From Candidatus Saccharimonadota bacterium (GTDB lineage Bacteria > Patescibacteriota > Saccharimonadia > Saccharimonadales > Saccharimonadaceae): a stretch of 32,000 bases of DNA. The stretch is from the NCBI GenBank assembly GCA_025349965.1, contig CP075337.1, positions 570,001 to 602,000 of the forward strand, written 5' to 3'. Below, in pieces: positions 1 to 7,783 of the stretch; position 1 is the stretch's first letter; the number at the start of each line of letters is the position of its first letter. Below the pieces are notes generated by a model. The model was not told the DNA's origin. It made no database searches and saw nothing but the letters and a program-made list of their open reading frames with translations. The translations under genes and the position numbers were made by a program.

Positions 1-1475
1 AGCCGGTCACTCAGCTCTTTTACGCTCTCGCCCTGTTGGAAGTACTGCTTCAAATCAGTATCATCAGAAGCCGCCCATGGACGATATGCGTTTGGATACG
101 TTTCGCGCATCTTCGCAATCTTATCAGACCAGCTAGATCCACCCTCGGTTTTCTTCTTTGGGGTAAGTCCCTTTTTCGCATCTTCAGCACGCTTCTCAGC
201 CAGCTCCATTAAATGCGCAAACTGCTCTCGAGCCTCGGCAACTCTCTGCTGCAAATGCGCATCAATCGCCTGCGCCTCATCGCTCACCTTCAGTGCCATT
301 TGGTTAATCCCCGCCAAGTAAAGTGTCTCAAGACTGCGCACACGGCTCAACGCCACATACCCCATTCCCTCAACAAACGCCTTGCGCAAGTCAACCCGCG
401 CCGCGTCAAGCGTCATTCCCTGAGATTTATGCACGGTAATTGCCCATGCCAAACGAAGTGGAATCTGTGTAATTGAAGCACGTTTTTTATCGCCATCACG
501 AAGCTCCCATGTATCCGGCTGCATCGTCACCTCTTTGCCATTTCTAAACTGCACAATTGGGTACTCGGTTGCCGGGTCAAAATCTACCACCACACCGATA
601 CTTCCATTGGCATATTTACGATCAATACTATTCTTCACCGCCATCACCAAAGCGCCTTCCTTAAGACGCAATACCTCAGGCGCCAAAACGGATCGTTGCA
701 AATTCTCAACATAGTTCTGCGCACCAGTCGTCACTTGATGGTAGGATAATTCATCACCCTCAACCTCAGCCAAACGCCGCTCGTTAATCGTATCAACGTC
801 GATATTTACTGTATGGAGTTCCGTCAACTGCGACGGGTCATCTGGCTCAACCTCCGCTCGCTCCAAGAGTTTCTCTGCATGATGGCGACGGATATCCCCC
901 GCCCGCAGTGCATTCAAAATCTCAAGCAAATGCTCATCTTCCTGACGATACTGCTCTTCAAGGTAACAGATTGTTGGGTTGAGCTCATTCCAAACTCGTG
1001 ATGACACCACAAACTGCCCAGCCTGCACATTTGAGCCACGTGTTACCGGAGGAAGCTGGAAAAAGTCACCAGACATAATAATTTGAATGCCGCCAAACGG
1101 AGTGTCTGGCTGCTTTCGGACCACGCGACACACTTCATCCACCATATCTAAACGGTAGCCATGCAACATACTAATCTCATCAATAATCAGCACGTCGGTC
1201 TTCTCAATAATCTCTCGACGCCCCTTCGCCATATGTTCGGCAAAGTTGCCCGGCAAAAAGTCATGAATGCCAATCCCAGACCAGGCGTGAATGGTTGTGC
1301 CGCCAAGATGCGTTGCCGCAAGCCCCGTGGTTGCCGTTACGGAAACATGCTTGCCATCAGCCTTGGCATACTTAATAAACTGATTCAGTACATAGGTCTT
1401 CCCCGACCCCGCTGGACCAGTCAGCAGTACACTTTCCCCCGAAAGCATTATCTCTAACGCAAGCTTTTGATTCAT
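1..1475 (-). CDS. PIF1/RecD-like SF1B DNA helicase (3' end runs off the left window edge)
   Basis: Absent from the ORF track because no stop lies inside the window. My own translation of the minus strand from ATG 1475-1473 stays open to position 1 (at least 491 aa): MNQKLALEIMLSGESVLLTGPAGSGKTYVLNQF... Motifs seen: Walker A GPAGSGKT, Walker B LIIDEISM, Pif1-family signature PFGGIQIIMSGDFFQLPPV, and VHKSQGMT. The C-terminal part (...RPWAASDDTDLKQYFQQGESVKELSDRL) looks like the HTH-type tail of bacterial Pif1-like helicases. A TGTATACT -10-like element lies 8 nt upstream of the ATG. Confidence 0.85.
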   Translation of the reverse strand, partial: MNQKLALEIMLSGESVLLTGPAGSGKTYVLNQFIKYAKADGKHVSVTATTGLAATHLGGTTIHAWSGIGIHDFLPGNFAEHMAKGRREIIEKTDVLIIDEISMLHGYRLDMVDEVCRVVRKQPDTPFGGIQIIMSGDFFQLPPVTRGSNVQAGQFVVSSRVWNELNPTICYLEEQYRQEDEHLLEILNALRAGDIRRHHAEKLLERAEVEPDDPSQLTELHTVNIDVDTINERRLAEVEGDELSYHQVTTGAQNYVENLQRSVLAPEVLRLKEGALVMAVKNSIDRKYANGSIGVVVDFDPATEYPIVQFRNGKEVTMQPDTWELRDGDKKRASITQIPLRLAWAITVHKSQGMTLDAARVDLRKAFVEGMGYVALSRVRSLETLYLAGINQMALKVSDEAQAIDAHLQQRVAEAREQFAHLMELAEKRAEDAKKGLTPKKKTEGGSSWSDKIAKMRETYPNAYRPWAASDDTDLKQYFQQGESVKELSDR

Positions 1476-1508
1476 CTCTTCTTAGTATACATCACCCAGA
1501 TGCAATAC

Positions 1509-2672
1509 TTATCCGCGCGGCGGCTCGCCCTCTGGTTCATCAAGTGGCTTTTTGCTCTTGATTTCATAGCGTTTGCCAGTAATTTCACTCGTAATATAAT
1601 CTTCATTAATAAGATTCACAAACATATCGAGATCATTGCCGTCCATGATGATAATCGCACCCTCGTCATCCGTCATAAGGTCAAGCTGCATCGTGTCAGC
1701 GTATTCGATCGCCTGCTCTTGAGTGACACTGCCAATCTCAAGTTTTTGTAGCTTATTTACAATCTTCTTTTTCTCCATCACCAATGACTGCAGGTTCGCG
1801 CCCTCGGCAAAACTGAGCTTGTACTGTTTTTCAATTTCCGCCACCTTCTTATCCGCAAGAAGCTGCTTCTTATATTCATAGTTAAAAATACGCTCAAACT
1901 TACTTTGGCTAAAGATGAAGATGTCTTTATCAATAATCAACACTTGGTTATCTGCAGGCACCTTCCAACCAAATTCAGGCGTAAAAGCACGGAATGAACC
2001 TTCGTTAAATTCCCATGAAGTCGCACCCTGCAAAGCAGAACTTCCGCTCACCTGCTTCACGACAAAGAATTCCCCAGAACCATCTCGTTTCGTAAAGCGC
2101 GCTACAATTCCCTTAATGCGCTTAAACTCGTGCTCTTGTTCACTGAACTCAACGATATCGTGGCGTTCATGCTTAATAAGATGTATGAGCGTCTCAGCCC
2201 GCCCCACCTTCTCAAGATCAGTGCGAAGCAATGTGTCTGGTCCCTTTTCAGAAAGCTCATAATCACGCACGGAAAGCCCCGTACCTGCGCCGAGATTCAC
2301 GTCATTAATGAGGTCAAACAGGAAAAGCGCCTTGATTTGCGTATCAAGCGCATCATCAATACGAATACTATACGGCGTGTAGTTACGGTTAAAGAGGAAG
2401 AACTCAGCGCGAAGCTCATTCTTCACTGCATCCGTTTGGTTTGCCCACTGGAAGATATCAACTCCGTCACCCGCATCTGCCTTTATTTCAGACTTCAAAT
2501 CATCAGACTTTTCAATTACCTCTGACGGGGCGTTGGCTGCGGTCGTCTCCACAACCACTTCATCATCAGCATCAACCACATCGGTCATGTCGGTTTTTTC
2601 AATAATTTCTTGGTTTTCTTCAATCTCTTCAATAACGTCAGTCGTTTCAGGCGCGTCCTGCATGATACCCAT
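1509..2672 (-). CDS. DUF4868/KwaB-like protein with poly-acidic N-terminal extension (tentative family assignment)
   Basis: 387-aa ORF. The first ~75 aa are low-complexity acidic: 24 D/E, 4 K and 0 R by my count. The remainder (FFLFNRNYTPYSIRIDD, FFVVKQVSGSS, VLIIDKDIFIFSQSKFERIFNYEY, MFVNLINEDYITSEITGKRYEI) recalls the DUF4868 family (Pfam PF16162, KwaB of Kiwa) from memory only. The coding call is solid. The family call needs an HMM search. Confidence 0.45.
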   Translation of the reverse strand: MGIMQDAPETTDVIEEIEENQEIIEKTDMTDVVDADDEVVVETTAANAPSEVIEKSDDLKSEIKADAGDGVDIFQWANQTDAVKNELRAEFFLFNRNYTPYSIRIDDALDTQIKALFLFDLINDVNLGAGTGLSVRDYELSEKGPDTLLRTDLEKVGRAETLIHLIKHERHDIVEFSEQEHEFKRIKGIVARFTKRDGSGEFFVVKQVSGSSALQGATSWEFNEGSFRAFTPEFGWKVPADNQVLIIDKDIFIFSQSKFERIFNYEYKKQLLADKKVAEIEKQYKLSFAEGANLQSLVMEKKKIVNKLQKLEIGSVTQEQAIEYADTMQLDLMTDDEGAIIIMDGNDLDMFVNLINEDYITSEITGKRYEIKSKKPLDEPEGEPPRG

Positions 2673-2691
2673 ATCCTATTTCTTTATTTTT

Positions 2692-2723
2692 ATATAAAAC
2701 AACAGCCTTTATTGTAGGCTGTT
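2692..2723 (-). terminator. rho-independent terminator after the 212-aa orphan gene
   Basis: Perfect 8-bp stem aacagcct / aggctgtt (2701-2708 and 2716-2723) with a 7-nt loop, followed on the minus strand by GTTTTATATA. Confidence 0.7.
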
Positions 2724-2736
2724 ACCCGCAGACAGG

Positions 2737-3375
2737 TCAATACGCGCCGTCAAATGAACCGAACGACCGGGCCATCCGTGCTTCGTTGTTCGCCCCATTC
2801 ACATACGCAACGATCTCGGCAATATCCTTATTGAATAGTTCAACGTCATACTCCGTCATCTCGCGGCAAAGCATCGATCCCTCATCGCCACCATCAAGTG
2901 TCACGTCATTCATCTGAATCGTTGCATGCACCACGCCGCCCTTATACCACTCAAATTCGTAGATCGCAAAAAATGAGTGCTTTGTATTTGGGAGCGTACG
3001 ATGAACAGCAAGGAAATACTCTTCCTCTTTCGGACCCTCTCTGTAGACATGATGCCGCGCAACGATTGACTTTTGTGACATTCTAGAGGCTAAATACTGC
3101 CAGTATGTTATCTCGCCCGTTGCAACATCTGCAGCGATGTAGTCACCTTCACTTATCTCTACCTCGTCAGCCTCAACACTCAACTCTCGCTCAAGAAAAT
3201 CACTATTGGTGCTCACACTAAGCGTTGCACCTTCAGTACGGTCAATACGCTCAAACAAGTCCTCAAGCGAATAACTCGCATCAATAAAGACACCCGCTCG
3301 TCGCTCGTGCGAAAGTGGTGCATACTCGGAGCGTAATTTCATACCATCTCCACCGTAATGCACCGCTTTTTCCAT
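2737..3375 (-). CDS. hypothetical protein (no recognisable domain)
   Basis: 212-aa ORF with no TM segment and no motif I recognise. The first ATG (3375) lies 6 nt after the rnhA stop. An alternative ATG at 3342 is preceded by GGAGA with 4-nt spacing. A terminator hairpin follows at 2701-2723. Confidence 0.7.
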   Translation of the reverse strand: MEKAVHYGGDGMKLRSEYAPLSHERRAGVFIDASYSLEDLFERIDRTEGATLSVSTNSDFLERELSVEADEVEISEGDYIAADVATGEITYWQYLASRMSQKSIVARHHVYREGPKEEEYFLAVHRTLPNTKHSFFAIYEFEWYKGGVVHATIQMNDVTLDGGDEGSMLCREMTEYDVELFNKDIAEIVAYVNGANNEARMARSFGSFDGAY

Positions 3376-3381
3376 TACCGT

Positions 3382-3801
3382 CTACAGCCTCACGCCTTCG
3401 CGCGCTTTATTCGCCCATACATCAGCGAGTTCATTACCCTCATCGCCTTCATGACCACGCACCCACACAAGGGTTGCATTTGCATTCTGATGAAGCGCAT
3501 ACGCCTCCTGGACGATGTCAAGATTCTTAATCTCTCCGCCCTTCTTCTTCCAGCCCTTCGCTTCCCAGCCCGGTGCCCATTTTGTAATCACATTGATCCA
3601 AAACTCGCTGTCGGTAAAAATTTCAGCATGTTCATCGCCCGCATCTTTCATGGCGGCAACGAGCGCCTTCCCTTCCATGCGAATGTTGGTTGTTTCGCCC
3701 TCTTCGCTCCCCAAGATGTGAGGAACACCATTTTTAATCACTGCGAATCCACCCGGACCAGGGTTAGGACTTGCACTCCCATCTGTGTAGTAAACAATCA
3801 T
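3382..3801 (-). CDS. rnhA: ribonuclease HI
   Basis: 139 aa. MIVYYTDGSASPNPGPGGFAVI... carries the DEDD-type RNase H core (YTDGS, ..NIRMEGKAL.., TDSEF, HEGDEGNELAD). TAGACT -10-like box 6 nt before the ATG. Confidence 0.9.
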   Translation of the reverse strand: MIVYYTDGSASPNPGPGGFAVIKNGVPHILGSEEGETTNIRMEGKALVAAMKDAGDEHAEIFTDSEFWINVITKWAPGWEAKGWKKKGGEIKNLDIVQEAYALHQNANATLVWVRGHEGDEGNELADVWANKAREGVRL

Positions 3802-3827
3802 GTATCTAGTCTACCACGGAAGAATAG

Positions 3828-4769
3828 TTATAGAGCCTCCATTTCGGGACGTTTTCGGTTTGGAAAAAGTTTAAGCTCTGAGACAATTACACCCACAAGT
3901 ATAAGGAGGCCACCGATAAGCATTTCGAGCGTCATGCGTTCACCAAGAATAATAATTGGCAAGATAATCGACAGGAATGATTCAAGATACTGAAGCGCAC
4001 CCACTGCAACCGAACCAATATAGCGGTACGAAGCGACGGTAATAGACTTCGCGACCACATATACGAGAATCGCAGAATAAAGCACAGGGAGAAGCAGTAC
4101 GGGGTTGTTCATAAACACCTCAACCGGTGGCGCGATACCTGTCACGAGCGCAACAAAAAGGCTCAAAAGGAAAATGATAGTTGATGAAACACCGAAGCTT
4201 GCACTAATAGGAAGCCCCTCTTCATTAGCCTTTTTCGTCATAATGACAGAAAGCGGAAAGAACGCACAGTTCACAAGCGCAAGAATAGTTGCGAGCGGAT
4301 GGAACGTACTTGTCACCCCACCACTGAATAGGAGCGGTGCTGCGACGACAATAAACGAACCGAGCGCAGCAAAGCTAATACCAAGAAGCGCCCGACGAGA
4401 GACCCGCTCTTTCGTGAAATAAACCGAATAGACCATAAGAAAAATAGGAATACCGAGGTTGATCACCGATACGTAACTCGCCTGACTCAAGCTAATCGCC
4501 TGCGTATACGACAGCACAGCAACCCCATACGCCAACCCCGAGAAAACAGCATACTTGAGGTTCTTCTTCGTGAAGCGACGGCGCGCCATGATAACAAACG
4601 GCAGTACGATTAGTGCCGACACAAAGAAGCGCAGCACATTAAGCCAGACAGCAGACACGTCATCGGTCACAATCTTAACGAACATGCCGTTTGGCGCGGC
4701 AAGTAGGGCTGGAAGGACAGCTAAAAGCTGCCATTTCCACAGGTGTGGCATGGTTTTTGTTTTATTCAT
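3828..4769 (-). CDS. EamA/DMT-superfamily transporter (10 predicted TM helices)
   Basis: 313 aa, hydrophobic throughout. It has the duplicated 5-TM EamA-like organisation with a basic loop (ARRRFTKKN) after TM2/3. Confidence 0.75.
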   Translation of the reverse strand: MNKTKTMPHLWKWQLLAVLPALLAAPNGMFVKIVTDDVSAVWLNVLRFFVSALIVLPFVIMARRRFTKKNLKYAVFSGLAYGVAVLSYTQAISLSQASYVSVINLGIPIFLMVYSVYFTKERVSRRALLGISFAALGSFIVVAAPLLFSGGVTSTFHPLATILALVNCAFFPLSVIMTKKANEEGLPISASFGVSSTIIFLLSLFVALVTGIAPPVEVFMNNPVLLLPVLYSAILVYVVAKSITVASYRYIGSVAVGALQYLESFLSIILPIIILGERMTLEMLIGGLLILVGVIVSELKLFPNRKRPEMEAL

Positions 4770-4802
4770 GTCTTTTTTATATTTGGCTTATTACTTATAT
4801 TA

Positions 4803-4811
4803 AGTATAGCA
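4803..4811 (-). promoter_or_regulatory. extended -10 TGCTATACT upstream of the EamA transporter gene
   Basis: Plus strand agtatagca, 33 nt before ATG 4769. A second TATAAA lies 6 nt before the ATG. Confidence 0.45.
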
Positions 4812-4848
4812 CAAACAGTATAAAAAGTCAAGAGGCGGACGCTCCCCC

Positions 4849-5634
4849 CTAGAGACGTTGTCGTCGCTGCTCAAACAGACACACGGCAGTTGCCGCCGCT
4901 ACATTCAAAGACTCTACGCCATCAGTTTGCGGAATGATAACGGTGTCTTTTTCACAAAGTTTTAATAATTCCTCGGAAACACCAGTACCCTCATTACCAA
5001 AGAGCCATGCGTGTGGAGCGCTCAGATCTTTTTCGTAGAGCGACTGCGTAGCATCAAGACTTGTCGCTACCACCGGAACTGACGTATTCGTTACAAGTTG
5101 TGCCAAATCTACGTTCTCATAAATGCGGAGTGTGAAATGCGCACCCATACCCGCACGCAATACTTTCGGTGACCATACCGCCGCAGAGCCGGTGGAAAGA
5201 TAGACCTCATCTACCCCAGCCGCAGCGGTCGTTCGAAGCATCGCCCCGACATTCCCGGGGTCTTGAACCGTATCGAGAAGGAGTGCATCAGCCTCAAGTC
5301 GAGCGGCAATCCGTTTTTCCGGCAATGCAATCACAAAAAGAAGCGCTACCCCCTGCTCCAAGACACTCAACCGCTCGTACAAAGACGAGGGTACTTCAGC
5401 GACAGGTACACTTTCATCAAGCCGAAAAAGCAGCCCAGAAACTTCAGGATTTCGAAGCGATTCAGTCCCAACAATCACCTGCTCTGGTACGAATCCAGCG
5501 CGTAGATACGCATCACACAGGTGTATGCCGTCAAGTATTGTCTGGTGATTCTTCTGGCGATACTTCGCGCTCGTCGCGAGTTGCTTTATATGCTTAATAA
5601 GAGGATTTTGGGCGGAGGTAATAACATTAGTCAT
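4849..5634 (-). CDS. TrmH/SpoU-family RNA 2'-O-methyltransferase
   Basis: 261 aa. SpoU motifs: LLLDTVQDPGNVGAMLRTTAAAG, WLFGNEGTGVS, IPQTDGVESLNVAAATAVCLFE. Confidence 0.9.
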   Translation of the reverse strand: MTNVITSAQNPLIKHIKQLATSAKYRQKNHQTILDGIHLCDAYLRAGFVPEQVIVGTESLRNPEVSGLLFRLDESVPVAEVPSSLYERLSVLEQGVALLFVIALPEKRIAARLEADALLLDTVQDPGNVGAMLRTTAAAGVDEVYLSTGSAAVWSPKVLRAGMGAHFTLRIYENVDLAQLVTNTSVPVVATSLDATQSLYEKDLSAPHAWLFGNEGTGVSEELLKLCEKDTVIIPQTDGVESLNVAAATAVCLFEQRRQRL

Positions 5635-5642
5635 GTACTTTT

Positions 5643-5651
5643 AGTATAGCA
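5643..5651 (-). promoter_or_regulatory. extended -10 TGCTATACT, 8 nt before the trmH-family start
   Basis: Plus strand agtatagca. It sits in the 24-nt gap between the glyQS stop (5659) and ATG 5634. Confidence 0.6.
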
Positions 5652-5658
5652 TCTCAAA

Positions 5659-7023
5659 TTATCCAAGAAGTTCCGCAATAGAAACGCGTCGCTGTTCCGT
5701 TGTATCGCGCTCGCGCACCGTAACAGTTCCACCGCCTTCAATCGTCTCAAAATCAATCACAACAACGTGGGGCGTTCCAATTTCATCCTGGCGGCGGTAA
5801 CGCTTACCGATATTCCCGTTATCATCCCAGGAAACATTGCCATACTTTTGCTTCAATGCTCGGTATACTTCACGGGCTTTTTCAACAAGCTCTGGTTTAT
5901 TCTTAAGAAGTGGTGAAACTGCATAACGGACTGGCGCAAGATGCTCTGGAAGCGCAAGATAGATACGCTTCTCGCCATTCACTTCATCTTCACGGTACGC
6001 ATTCGAAAGTACCGCCATAAGCGCGCGCTCAACACCAAAAGACGGCTCAATCACGTGTGGCACAAACTTTTCATTCGTCCCCTTTACGGTGTATTCCATA
6101 CTCTTACTACTAACGCGTTGGATGTTGCCAAGGTCAAAATCAGTCCGATACGCAATACCCATCAGCTCTTCCTTGCCAATTGGGAAATCGTATTCAATAT
6201 CAATAGTCTTTTTACTATAGTGCGCGCGGTCAGCTTCCGGCACATCAAGCTCATGAATATGTTCCGGCTTTAGCCCAAGACGCACTAGGAATTCATGTGT
6301 ACTCGCAAGCAATTCCTCGAAGGCTTCTTCCCACTTTTCTGGATGTACAAAGTATTCAATCTCCATCTGTTCAAATTCACGTGAACGGAAGATGAAATCA
6401 CGAGGAGAAATTTCATTACGAAAGGCCTTCCCTTGCTGGGCAATACCAAATGGAAGATCAGGGTAAAAACTGTCCACCACATTCTTAAAGTTCGTAAAGA
6501 TACCTTGAGCAGTTTCTGGGCGAAGATAGCTGATTGACGCATCGTCACTGGTTGGACCAACATGCGTTGTGAACATCATATTAAACGTGCGCGAAGCAGA
6601 CAGCGGATTGCCATCTGGGCTTTTAATGCCATGTTCGGCAATAGCGGCGTCCATTTGCTCCATTGTCATGCCCTCGGCGTCAACACCATTGTCCTTGAGG
6701 ATGTGATCAGTACGGAAGCGTCGGTGATTGACCGTATCTTCACAAAGCGGGTCAACAAACGTGTCAACATGACCGCTCGCCTGCCAAACTTTCTGATTCA
6801 TAAGAATCGCCGCATCAACGCCATACATGTCATCACGGCCATCAACGAAGTGCTGCCACCACAGGTTCATAATATTACGCTTCAACGCCACACCAAGTGG
6901 ACCATAATCCCAAGTTCCACGAAGGCCGCCATACACGTCTGACCCGGGGTAAATAAACCCGCGCCGTTTAGCCAAACTAATAATATCTTCCATATTCACA
7001 CTACTACTCATAATTATGACCAT
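5659..7023 (-). CDS. glyQS: glycine--tRNA ligase (homodimeric class II type)
   Basis: 454 aa. MEDIISLAKRRGFIYPGSDVYGGLRGTWDYGPLG... is a typical GlyQS N-terminus. The first ATG (7023) sits inside a TGtTATAAT element (7022-7030), so the true start is more likely ATG 7011 or ATG 6993. Confidence 0.93.
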   Translation of the reverse strand: MVIIMSSSVNMEDIISLAKRRGFIYPGSDVYGGLRGTWDYGPLGVALKRNIMNLWWQHFVDGRDDMYGVDAAILMNQKVWQASGHVDTFVDPLCEDTVNHRRFRTDHILKDNGVDAEGMTMEQMDAAIAEHGIKSPDGNPLSASRTFNMMFTTHVGPTSDDASISYLRPETAQGIFTNFKNVVDSFYPDLPFGIAQQGKAFRNEISPRDFIFRSREFEQMEIEYFVHPEKWEEAFEELLASTHEFLVRLGLKPEHIHELDVPEADRAHYSKKTIDIEYDFPIGKEELMGIAYRTDFDLGNIQRVSSKSMEYTVKGTNEKFVPHVIEPSFGVERALMAVLSNAYREDEVNGEKRIYLALPEHLAPVRYAVSPLLKNKPELVEKAREVYRALKQKYGNVSWDDNGNIGKRYRRQDEIGTPHVVVIDFETIEGGGTVTVRERDTTEQRRVSIAELLG

Positions 7024-7062
7024 TATAACAGATTGAAGGGTAATTTTGGAGTACAGAGCAAA

Positions 7063-7091
7063 TTGACTTTTCGTCTGTTTTGTGCTATAAT
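7063..7091 (+). promoter_or_regulatory. consensus sigma70-type promoter of the GC-rich orphan gene
   Basis: TTGACT (7063-7068), 17-nt spacer, TATAAT (7086-7091) with an upstream TG (7083-7084). A perfect 8-bp hairpin in the 5' UTR follows at 7123-7142 (tgtctttc-agcc-gaaagaca). Confidence 0.7.
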
Positions 7092-7173
7092 TGAGTCATC
7101 CATTTGTTTGACTTGTAGTGCTTGTCTTTCAGCCGAAAGACATTCCCTTCTCTACCTAAGATTGGAGCAAGAA

Positions 7174-7689
7174 ATGGACGAACCTACCAAAACATCGACT
7201 CCCGCTTCAGCAGAAGCGGAGACGATCGATCTGCTGCTTGAATTGTGCAACGAAGGTATCGATGCACTTCTCACACGGCACAATGTCGCAACGGCGCGGC
7301 AGCGGCTCGGCGAGCTTGACGAAATCATCAGCAAGCTGGCGACAGAGCGCTGGGATGGAACCTCTCTGCTTCACCTCGAGCTTTTCCAGGCTCGCAGGAA
7401 GATGCTCAACGGAATTCTCGCGCTTCGCTACGACGACGATGCAAGCAGGGCTGTCGAGCTCCATCGCGCAGTCGACTTCAGCTACAGCACCCACGGTGTG
7501 AATGAGGCAGACTGGCGGCGCGTACAGAACCGCTACCACTGGCTTCGCGCCATGGCAGCGAACGACACGGGCATCGAAAAGCGGAAGATCGTCAACCACG
7601 ACTTCGAAGCCCTTCGTCCGATCGAGCGTTTCCACGCTTGGGCGCTGACGTACTTCGGTCGAGCATACTACATGCTCATCATGTCCTAG
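7174..7689 (+). CDS. hypothetical protein, GC-rich orphan (171 aa from the ATG with an RBS)
   Basis: The maximal ORF starts at TTG 7033. ATG 7174 is preceded by GGAG (7164-7167) with a 6-nt spacer, lies downstream of a consensus promoter (7063-7091), and is followed by a terminator (7750-7783). The predicted protein looks helical and carries no motif I recognise. Confidence 0.7.
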   Translation: MDEPTKTSTPASAEAETIDLLLELCNEGIDALLTRHNVATARQRLGELDEIISKLATERWDGTSLLHLELFQARRKMLNGILALRYDDDASRAVELHRAVDFSYSTHGVNEADWRRVQNRYHWLRAMAANDTGIEKRKIVNHDFEALRPIERFHAWALTYFGRAYYMLIMS

Positions 7690-7749
7690 CTACTGTCTAA
7701 CGTAGCAAAGACACCACTGGAAGCTCCCCCATTTGGCGAGCCGCAACCT

Positions 7750-7783
7750 GGGACCCCTGCGTTAATGGGTCCCTTTTTCTTTT
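7750..7783. terminator. rho-independent terminator between the convergent orphan gene and recO
   Basis: gggaccc (7750-7756), 10-nt loop, gggtccc (7767-7773), then TTTTTCTTTTC on the plus strand. Confidence 0.75.

Noticed and set aside
3358-3993. 211-aa plus-strand ORF
   Set aside because: It spans the rnhA/EamA junction on the opposite strand, and both minus-strand genes are well supported.
3828-4769. EamA transporter as a possible KwaA surrogate for the KwaB-like gene
   Set aside because: It is a 10-TM DMT-family transporter with duplicated EamA repeats, not a small 4-TM KwaA-like protein. It is also separated from the KwaB-like gene by rnhA, the orphan gene and a terminator.
7033-7173. 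N-terminal extension of the orphan ORF from TTG 7033
   Set aside because: The extension would overlap the consensus promoter (7063-7091) and the 5'-UTR hairpin. ATG 7174 has a proper GGAG RBS.
7207-7635. 142-aa minus-strand ORF antisense to the GC-rich orphan gene
   Set aside because: Long antisense ORFs are expected in GC-rich DNA. The promoter, RBS and terminator all support the plus-strand reading.
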